Below, in pieces: positions 56,681 through 64,000 of a stretch of DNA of 64,000 bases; positions within the stretch are counted from its first letter, which is position 1; every line of letters begins with the position of its first letter. The position numbers were made by a program, and so were the translations under genes. The notes under the pieces were generated by a model. That model searched no databases, was not told the origin of the DNA, and saw only the letters and a program-made list of their open reading frames with translations. The DNA lies in NCBI GenBank assembly GCA_963803435.1, contig CAWDML010000001.1, positions 2,144,001-2,208,000 on the forward strand. The letters run 5' to 3'. This DNA comes from an uncultured delta proteobacterium. GTDB lineage: Bacteria; Myxococcota; Kuafuiibacteriia; Kuafuiibacteriales; Kuafuiibacteriaceae.

Positions 56681-57556
56681 ATGCGATCCCCCCTTGTTCT
56701 GATCCTGCTTCTCGGCTGCGCCCACGCGTCCGAGGCACCCTTGCCCCTGCCGCCGACACCACCGGGCGAGGTCGACCTCCGCTGGCTGGGAACCGCGGGA
56801 TTCGAGATCCGGAGCCACGCGCACGCGCTCCTCATCGATCCCTACCTGACGAAGGCTCCGCTCACGACGCTGCTGTTCGGCCGGCTCGCGCCTGACACGC
56901 GCGCGCTCGCCGGGCTCGACGCCGACCTGATCCTGATCGGCCACAGCCACTTCGATCACCTCCTCGATGCACCCTCGATCTCTGCACGCACCGGCGCGCC
57001 GATCCTCGGCTCCGCGGACACCTGCCTCGTCGCGACCAGCCTCGATCGCGCGCACTGCCTGGTCGCGCCGGTGAGCCGCCGCTTCAGCTATCGCGGCTTC
57101 GATCTGACCGCGATCCCTGCGTCGCACGGACGGACCTTCTTCGGCGTACCGATCGCGGGCAACAACGATCGCCCCCTCCACGGCGCCCCGCACGCGCTCG
57201 ACCTGAAGTGCGGGCCCGTCTTCATCTGGGTGATGCGCACGGAGGGGATCACGATCGTCGACGTCTCGAGCGCGGGCCTGCCCCACGATCCGCTGGCGCT
57301 CGCCGAGCTGGTACCCGAAGGCGCCGACGTGCTGTTGGTCGCGCTGGCGCTCCGTGAGAATACACCCGGCTACGCGCGCCACCTGATCGACGTCCTGCGC
57401 CCGCGGATCATCGTCCCGCACGACCCCGGGCTCGAGGATGATCCGGAGCCGCTTGCCGCCTTCGCGCGTGAGGAGGGGGCCCGCGTCCGCGTGCTGCGTC
57501 CGTTCGAGACGCTCAGGATAAGAGCGCGGCCAGCTCGCCCAGGACCGCCTCGGTGA
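56681..57556 (+). CDS. MBL-fold metallo-hydrolase lipoprotein
   Basis: LLLGC lipobox, WLGTAGF, LIDPY, GHSHFDH, IVPH. Confidence 0.85.
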   Translation: MRSPLVLILLLGCAHASEAPLPLPPTPPGEVDLRWLGTAGFEIRSHAHALLIDPYLTKAPLTTLLFGRLAPDTRALAGLDADLILIGHSHFDHLLDAPSISARTGAPILGSADTCLVATSLDRAHCLVAPVSRRFSYRGFDLTAIPASHGRTFFGVPIAGNNDRPLHGAPHALDLKCGPVFIWVMRTEGITIVDVSSAGLPHDPLALAELVPEGADVLLVALALRENTPGYARHLIDVLRPRIIVPHDPGLEDDPEPLAAFAREEGARVRVLRPFETLRIRARPARPGPPR

Positions 57557-58671
57557 CCTTGGACATCGAGGATGCCTTCGCGTCCCCGACCAGATCGTAG
57601 GTGAGCGTCTCGCCCTTCTTCAGGACGGTCCGCACGGCCTCCTCGACGGCGCCGCCGGCCTTCTCGAGCGCCGCATCGTGCTTGCGGTGCCCCAACCAGC
57701 TGAGGGCCTCGCCGGTGGCGAGGATCATCGCCATCGGGTTCACGCGGTCCTTGCCGGCGTACTTGGGCGCGGATCCGTGGATCGGCTCGAACATCGCGTG
57801 CGCATCGCCGACGTTGCAGCCGACCGCCATGCCCATGCCGCCCTGGAGCACCGAGGCCAGGTCCGTGACGATGTCGCCGAACATGTTGGTGGTGACGACC
57901 ACGTCGTAGTACTCCGGCTGCCCGATCAGCCACTGCGTGAAGGCGTCCACGATCGCGACGTCCTTCTCCACGTCCGGGTACTGCTTCGCCGATCTCCTCG
58001 AAGACCTCGGCGAAGAACCGGCAGCCATAGAGCACGTTGTTCTTCACCACACAGGTCACGCGGCGCTTGCCGTCCTTGGGAGCGCCCTGCCGGCGCATCG
58101 ACTTCTCGAACGCGAGGCGGATGATCCGCTCCGAGGCGCGGCGCGTGATGATGCGGGTGTCGGTCGCGACCTGGGAGACCCCGCCCGGCGACAGCATCCC
58201 TCCGGCGCCGGAGTAGAGGCCTTCGGTGTTCTCGCGGAGGATCACCATGTCGACCTGGCCGGCCTCCCAGACCACCCTGTGCTTGCCACAGATCCGATGC
58301 TTCACGCCCTCGTAGAGGCGGACCGGCCGCACGTTCGCGTAGAGATCGAGCCGCGTGCGGTTGCCGATCACCGGCGACCAGCCCGCCATCTTGCCGTCGG
58401 GCATCGTCACCGGACCATTCCCGGTGGGCGATGGCCAGCCGACGGCCCCGAGGAGGATCACGTCGGCCGCGAGACAGCGGCCCTCGGATCCCTCCGGCCA
58501 ATCTCGGCCGTGCTCGAGGTAGTACTGCCCGCCGCACGGAATCTCTTCGATGGTGAATTCGGTGTTGGTCTGCTTCGCGACGAGGTCGAGCACACGCCGC
58601 GCCTTCTCGGCCACCTCGATGCCCGTGCCGTCCCCCGGCAGAAGAACCCATGTGTACTTGGCCCGCGGCAT
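57513..58671 (-). CDS. Isocitrate/isopropylmalate dehydrogenase family protein; 1-nt frameshift at ~57990
   Basis: LPGDGTG.EV, LYANVRP, RENTEGLY, then in the next frame NMFGDIVTDLA, FEPIHGSAP.YAG...NP, TYDL.G. Confidence 0.88.
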
Positions 58672-58704
58672 GGCCCGCCTTTTCCCTTCGGGCGCGCGGC
58701 GCGG

Positions 58705-59250
58705 TCAACCGCCTTCGTCTTCGGCGACGGCCGGTGAGAAGCCCGCCTCGGCGGCGTCCGCGAAGATTCCCTCCTCGAAGGCCTGCTCGGTCCGGACCCG
58801 GTACACCGCCTCGATGATCTCCTTGGCCCGCTCGAGGCGCTCCTGGAAGACGGCCGCCTGCTGATCACGGTTCTTCGCCACGATCGCGCGGGCGTACCAG
58901 GGCGGAGACCAGATGTTGGCGTCGATGACGCGCGTGCCGCCGGACTCCGCCTCGAACGTCTGCAGATGACGGCCGCCCTTGACCGGCCAGCTCAGGAACT
59001 CATCCTCGTAGAGCGCATTCTCGATGACCCGGGTGGTGCGAAACCTCAGCGTGAAACCGTGGCGACCCTGACGGAGGCGGATCTCGTACTCGGCCCCCTC
59101 ACAGACGGCAATGCCGTATTCGGGACACCACTCCTGCCGGAGCTCGGCGCTGACGAAGCGGAGGTAGTCGAGCCAGCCGTAAAAACGGAACACCACCACG
59201 GGTGGTGCCTCGATCCTCACTGAGGTCTCGATCCTCACCAGCCGCAGCAA
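58705..59250 (-). CDS. SRPBCC-family protein
   Basis: IETSVRIEAPP.VVF.F, YEDE...P...H..TFE...GGTRVID. Start uncertain (TTG 59250 or GTG 59238). Confidence 0.7.
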   Translation of the reverse strand: MLRLVRIETSVRIEAPPVVVFRFYGWLDYLRFVSAELRQEWCPEYGIAVCEGAEYEIRLRQGRHGFTLRFRTTRVIENALYEDEFLSWPVKGGRHLQTFEAESGGTRVIDANIWSPPWYARAIVAKNRDQQAAVFQERLERAKEIIEAVYRVRTEQAFEEGIFADAAEAGFSPAVAEDEGG

Positions 59251-59262
59251 ACGATAGCACGC

Positions 59263-59652
59263 TCAATCGTTCGGCGCGCCAGCCTCGATCCAGCTGCGCA
59301 CCAGCGCCAAACGCTCCTCGTCGAGCATGTCCCCCTGCGGCATCTGGTCGCCGGTCACGCCCGGCCCCAGGAGCTTGTCCATGAGATAGGAGCCGTCCGG
59401 ATCGCCCGGTTTGACCCTGACCTTGCTGGGATTCTCCATCGACGCGGCGTCGACGATGTGCTCGTACGCCATGACCTGGAGGTTCATGTCCCCGGCCGCC
59501 GACGGTCCCTGGTGGCACGCCGAAAAGACACAGGACAGCGTGAAGACGCGCGTGTTGACCTCGCTGAACGTCGCCGGAGGCGTATCTGCGGGGCCGCAGG
59601 CCAGGACACCGAGCGCGAGGGGGACGAAGAGGAGAGGGCGGAGAGCGGTCAT
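59263..59652 (-). CDS. Small lipoprotein, putative c-type cytochrome
   Basis: VLAC lipobox, CVFSACH, VKPGDPDGSYL..KL, QMP, WIEAGA (planctomycete-cytochrome-c-like). Confidence 0.72.
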   Translation of the reverse strand: MTALRPLLFVPLALGVLACGPADTPPATFSEVNTRVFTLSCVFSACHQGPSAAGDMNLQVMAYEHIVDAASMENPSKVRVKPGDPDGSYLMDKLLGPGVTGDQMPQGDMLDEERLALVRSWIEAGAPND

Positions 59653-59663
59653 CGGGCCCGAAG

Positions 59664-60152
59664 CTAGTTGAAAACGAGATCGAATGTCACGACATGCGGC
59701 GTCTTCTCGCCGTCTTTGATCTCGAAGGGATTGATCGGGAGGGTGACCGGATCCCCGCTGTCGGGGTCGCGGGTGTCCGCGCCGTTCTCGTCGACGTCGT
59801 AGAAGCCGAGGAAGATGTAGCTCCCCACCGGCAGCGGATCGCTGGTCCAGCTGGCGGTGCTGGTATCGGCGGTCCGCAGGTCGACGCCCGTCAGCGCGAT
59901 GCTGGTGTTGAGGTCCTGGGCGCCCTCGATGGGTCCCGTGACCGTCACCTCCTCGGCGATGAAGAGGCTCCCGTAGATGTCGCCGAGGAGCCCGTCCTTC
60001 AGGTTGCGGCTCGAGCGCACCGTGTTGCTCACCGAGAAGCGAAGCTGCACGGTGCCGGTCGGTGTCTCCACCGGATCGGATCCGCAGGCGGCCAGGAGCA
60101 AGGCCGCGAGCGGAAGGCTAGTTCGGATAGCGAGCAATGAACCCTGCCGATC
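59664..60152 (-). CDS. Hypothetical lipoprotein
   Basis: LAAC lipobox; acidic DVDENG...PDSGD loop. Start uncertain (60152 or 60176). Confidence 0.72.
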   Translation of the reverse strand, partial: DRQGSLLAIRTSLPLAALLLAACGSDPVETPTGTVQLRFSVSNTVRSSRNLKDGLLGDIYGSLFIAEEVTVTGPIEGAQDLNTSIALTGVDLRTADTSTASWTSDPLPVGSYIFLGFYDVDENGADTRDPDSGDPVTLPINPFEIKDGEKTPHVVTFDLVFN

Positions 60153-61074
60153 CATCGAGGACCCCGCTTGTATCACACAGCCATGCGTTCTTGGTCCCGC
60201 TCACGTAGCCGAACGCCGCGCACATCTCGTCCGGGAACTGGAGATCGACGTCGTCTGGGTTGTTCCAGTCACAGATCGTGCGGACGATCGTGCCCTTCGC
60301 CAGGTGGAGCGGGTTGTCGCGCAACAGTGTCACCGGAGGCGCATCACGGAAGTCCGCGTACCAAGGATCGACGAGATAGATCGACTCGAGATGATCCGTA
60401 TCGGGCCCGACCATCAGCTCGAAGCGGGTGCCGTACTCGTGGAGGTGACCACCGACAAGGAGCAGGTCGACGTCCTCTTGGCTCGAGCAGTCAAACGCGA
60501 CGTGCTCGGTCTCGCCCGGGTGGACGTCGAAGAGCGCGTCGGTCGTCGCGAACGATCCGACCCAAGTGCTCACGTCCTCGGCCCGGACCATCTCGAGCCG
60601 CGCCACGTCCCGAACCAGGAGTTGCTTGTCGGTCGTGTTCACGTAGTGGAACTGGAGGACGAGCTGGCCGCTCTTGCCCATGAAGACCGCGTGGCCTTCC
60701 GGAAGCTCGGACGGAATCACGAGGGGACGGATGTCCTTCATGCTGGCGTTGTCCGTGCACTCCTCCAACGTCCCGTTCGGCTTGGGCTTCGCGGAGGTGA
60801 GCACGACGATGTGGTGGCCGCCGGCGCCCTGCAGGGTCACCAGGTTCCGTGCGCCCTCGTCCACGTCGAAGGAGTAGTCGAGGTACAAGCAGAACGCCTG
60901 ATCCCCGCCCGCCCGGATCATCACCTCGGGCGTGACGATGTCGAAGTAGCGCGCGTCCGGCTCCGGAATGGCGACCCGGACGTCGCGAACCTCGGGTGCC
61001 GGGGCCTCGCCCGCACCGCACGCGCTTCCCAGCGCGGCCATCGCAGCACCCCACACGACCAGCTTCAGTCTCAT
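60118..61074 (-). CDS. Copper type II ascorbate-dependent monooxygenase-like (PHM/DBH fold) lipoprotein
   Basis: GSAC lipobox; GGHHIV, LQFHYVN, GGHLHEYG and DEMC match the CuH (HH...H) and CuM (HxH...M) ligands; GGAGG SD. Confidence 0.75.
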   Translation of the reverse strand: MRLKLVVWGAAMAALGSACGAGEAPAPEVRDVRVAIPEPDARYFDIVTPEVMIRAGGDQAFCLYLDYSFDVDEGARNLVTLQGAGGHHIVVLTSAKPKPNGTLEECTDNASMKDIRPLVIPSELPEGHAVFMGKSGQLVLQFHYVNTTDKQLLVRDVARLEMVRAEDVSTWVGSFATTDALFDVHPGETEHVAFDCSSQEDVDLLLVGGHLHEYGTRFELMVGPDTDHLESIYLVDPWYADFRDAPPVTLLRDNPLHLAKGTIVRTICDWNNPDDVDLQFPDEMCAAFGYVSGTKNAWLCDTSGVLDGSAGFIARYPN

Positions 61075-61165
61075 GTCACCTCCCAATCCCGAGTCCCTGC
61101 GCTACCACAAACGGCCGCCCCCGTCCGCCATCCGAGCGACCGGTAGGGATTAGCCCGGTTCCCGC

Positions 61166-62812
61166 TCAACGCGAACGTTCCATCCTTCGAATCGCAACTT
61201 CGAGATCGTCGAGGGCCTCCTCGGAGCGTGCGCGGCTCAGTCTCGCGCTGAGGCGTGTCAACCTGGCTTGCCATTCGATCTCGAAGCTCACCCGGCGGAG
61301 CTCCCGAATTCGTCCGATCATGCGCTTCTTACGGAGCAAAACCTCGGGCGATAGTCCGGCGCGATCGGGAGGAGGCGGACGCACCTTCGTCTCGACCGGT
61401 GGTTCGGGCGGCGGCGGAGGGTCCGGCGGCGGCGGCGGAGGCGTGCGATACGGCGGGGGCGCCACCAGCGGGACCTCGTCTCCCTCCTCGACCGGCTGGG
61501 TGGGACGGACCGCAGGAAGCGCCACCGCGGTGACATCTTCGCGGGACGAGGTCAGCGTCACGACGACCACCGTTCCGATCAAGATGAGGAGCAGGCCGAT
61601 CCCGGCGAACAGCGCGATGCGGACCTCGAGGGGCGCACGCAACAGACCTCGCGGATCGGCGAGCGCGGCCAGCCGCGCCAGCGAAGAGCTCTTGGCGCCG
61701 GCCCGGACGATCTCGAGCTCCTCCGCAGCCGCCGCAGGCGCCTGGTAGAACTGATAGCCCGACGGAACCGACAGCGACTCGCGCCCCGCGAACAGGCGCG
61801 TCATCGGGCGCTTCGCCGGCTCCAGCACCTGCTTCGCCAGCTCCTTCACCTCGTCGAGGGCCCGCTTGTCGCGCGCGATGATGGTGGCGCAGGCCGCGTC
61901 GAGCCAGGCGATGATGTCCGCGCGCGTCATCTTGCGGGCGACCGAGAGCGCCTCCTCCGCGAGGGCACGCTTGAAGAGCCGGGCCGTCGTGGTCCTGCGA
62001 TCCGGATCGGCGTGCATCGCGGCCTTCAGCAGCGTCTCCAGGCGCACGGTGGCGTCCGGCCGATGCACGAGCAGCGGCTCGGGCTGCGCGCCCAGCGCCC
62101 GCTGCAGCCGCGCGGGCACCGAGTCTTCACGGATGCGCTTGCGACCCGCGAGCATCTCCCAGATCGTGACCGCCGAGGCGTAGACGTCGGCACGCCCGTC
62201 GACGACCGCGCCCATCGCCTGCTCCGGTGGCATGTAATCCGGCGACCCGGCGAGGACCTCGTGCGCCGTCTGCCAGTCCGACAGGATCGACTTGCCGAGC
62301 CCCAGATCGATCAACCGCACGCGCCCGTCGAACCCGATCAGCACGTTGCGCGCGCCGACGTCGCGGTGGATGAGTCCGAGCCGTGCCCCCGTCTCCAGGT
62401 GGCGAGCCTCGTGGACCGCCTGCACTCCGCTGATCAGCTCGACCGAGAGGTGCAGCGCGATCCCGAGCGGCACCGGATCGATCAGCGACTCCTCGACCCG
62501 ATCGACGATGCGGCTCCACTGGATCCCGAACACATACTCGGTCGCGAGGAACGGCTCCTTGTCGATGGTGCCCATCGCCACCAGCGCCGCCACGTTCGGA
62601 TGCCGAACGTGCGTGGCCACCTCGGCCTCGTGGACAAAGCGCTTGAAGATCGTCTCCTCACGGATGAGCTCCGGGTGCATCCGCTTCACCACCAGGAGCT
62701 GCTGCGTGTCGGCGTGCAGCGCGAGATAGGCGGAGCCCATGCCGCCCGCCCCCAGCAGCTTCAGGAGGATGAAGGGCCCGAATCGCTCAGGAGAGTTGCC
62801 GAGCGGCTCCAC
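61166..62812 (-). CDS. Membrane Ser/Thr protein kinase with Pro-rich linker
   Basis: LGAGGMG, VVKR, HRDVGARN, DLG, GSPDYMPPEQ, TM helix. Confidence 0.88.
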   Translation of the reverse strand: MEPLGNSPERFGPFILLKLLGAGGMGSAYLALHADTQQLLVVKRMHPELIREETIFKRFVHEAEVATHVRHPNVAALVAMGTIDKEPFLATEYVFGIQWSRIVDRVEESLIDPVPLGIALHLSVELISGVQAVHEARHLETGARLGLIHRDVGARNVLIGFDGRVRLIDLGLGKSILSDWQTAHEVLAGSPDYMPPEQAMGAVVDGRADVYASAVTIWEMLAGRKRIREDSVPARLQRALGAQPEPLLVHRPDATVRLETLLKAAMHADPDRRTTTARLFKRALAEEALSVARKMTRADIIAWLDAACATIIARDKRALDEVKELAKQVLEPAKRPMTRLFAGRESLSVPSGYQFYQAPAAAAEELEIVRAGAKSSSLARLAALADPRGLLRAPLEVRIALFAGIGLLLILIGTVVVVTLTSSREDVTAVALPAVRPTQPVEEGDEVPLVAPPPYRTPPPPPPDPPPPPEPPVETKVRPPPPDRAGLSPEVLLRKKRMIGRIRELRRVSFEIEWQARLTRLSARLSRARSEEALDDLEVAIRRMERSR

Positions 62813-62824
62813 TCGGAGACGAGC

Positions 62825-64000
62825 TTACAGTCGCTGTGCGATCAGGGCGACCGGCGCGGCGCCGAACGAGAGCAGCCAGTCGTGGAAGGTCTTGAGGTCC
62901 TGGGTGTTCCGCTTCTCGAAGAACTTCTCTCGCAGATCCATGATCTGGAGCTTGCCCAGCGTATAGCTGAGATAGCCCGGATCGAAGGTCCCACGGTACG
63001 CCTGCTGATGGGCGTTGCCGGGATCGATGAAGCACTGGTTCTTGAACAGATCCTCTGCCTCCGCGACGGTCATGCCCTTTGTGTGGAGGCCGATGGCGGC
63101 GATGAAGCGGCAGTTGCGGAGCAGCGCGTTGGAGAGCTGCCCCAGCTTGAGCGCGGGATCGCGTGCCCCATAGCCCGCGTCGAACATCATCTGCTCGCCG
63201 TAGTGCGCCCATCCCTCCGTGAACGCGTACGAGCCGTAGATCTTGCTCGCGCGCGAAGGAGCGTTCTGCTCGAAGAGCCCGTGGAGGAAGTGCCCCGGGA
63301 AGACCTCGTGGATCGTGGTGGCGAGCAGGTCGCCCTCGAACGGGATGTACTGCGCCTGCACGTCGGCCGGCCAGGTCGGGTCGGGCGGAGAGATGTAATA
63401 GAAGCTCTGCTGCGACTTCTCGAACGGGCCCGCGGGATCCAGGAACGCGGAGTTCCAGCGCATGAACGGCGGCGTCTCCGTCACCGTGCACTTCTGGTCG
63501 GAGGGGATCGTGACGATCTCGTGCTCCCGGATGAAGGCGGCCAGCTCGGTCACCTGCCGGCGCGCGGTCTCGAGCACCTGGTCCGCCGGCACACGCTCGC
63601 CGGACACCCGCGCGAACACCGCCTCGACGCTGGCCTCCGGATCGATCTCCTTCGCCACGGCGACGAAGGCATCGTGGTTCCGCTGGAAGTCCTCGTTCGC
63701 CATGGCCTCGAGCTCGGGCAGCGTCATCTCGATGCCTTCGTTGGCCTTCAACATCGCCAAGAAGTTCTTCTCACCCAGCGCGTAGTCCTCGGTCGCCTGC
63801 GGCGTCCGCTCCGCGATCCAGGCCTCGATGCGATGCATCGACGCGATCGCCGCCGGAATCACCTGGTCGTAGCGCGCCTTCAGCTTGGCGTCGGCGTCGA
63901 GGGCGGGCTTGCTCTGGGTGGCCACGTCGTTCTCGTAGAAGACGATCAGCCCCTTGAAGATCTGCGCCGCCGTCTCCAGGTGCGTGCGCACCTGCTTCGG
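62825..64000 (-). CDS. DUF885 family protein (putative metallopeptidase), N-terminus beyond the window end
   Basis: HEVFPGH, EGWAHYGE, PG...SY.LGK, FHD.LL..G..P. Confidence 0.88.
   Translation of the reverse strand, partial: PKQVRTHLETAAQIFKGLIVFYENDVATQSKPALDADAKLKARYDQVIPAAIASMHRIEAWIAERTPQATEDYALGEKNFLAMLKANEGIEMTLPELEAMANEDFQRNHDAFVAVAKEIDPEASVEAVFARVSGERVPADQVLETARRQVTELAAFIREHEIVTIPSDQKCTVTETPPFMRWNSAFLDPAGPFEKSQQSFYYISPPDPTWPADVQAQYIPFEGDLLATTIHEVFPGHFLHGLFEQNAPSRASKIYGSYAFTEGWAHYGEQMMFDAGYGARDPALKLGQLSNALLRNCRFIAAIGLHTKGMTVAEAEDLFKNQCFIDPGNAHQQAYRGTFDPGYLSYTLGKLQIMDLREKFFEKRNTQDLKTFHDWLLSFGAAPVALIAQRL

Overview
High-GC bacterial window with a Myxococcota-like gene content: several eukaryote-type Ser/Thr kinases with PEGA domains and many lipoproteins. 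The taxonomy is inferred from gene content only. The housekeeping backbone is mpl, hisA-hisF-hisIE, rpsU-dnaG-rpoD, dapD, ampG, mfd, prfB (programmed +1 frameshift), coaD, rluD and pgeF, with accessory genes in between. I saw no rRNA, tRNA or CRISPR array. The most notable feature is a ~1 kb element at 2816-3821 bounded by CTAG and ~66-bp imperfect inverted repeats. Each arm is a GTAG-containing hairpin plus a CSGGTC hexamer array, and the element carries a 23S-IVS-type four-helix-bundle gene and an internally deleted IS1182-family transposase relic. Other points of interest: an annexin-repeat + DJ-1/PfpI fusion coupled to a DcrB-like gene; a 1001-aa GlnE/GlnD-like double nucleotidyltransferase; a copper-monooxygenase/cytochrome c lipoprotein operon; and tandem pseudokinases. 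Several single-base frameshifts fall on or beside GATC, which suggests methylation-related long-read errors rather than true pseudogenes.
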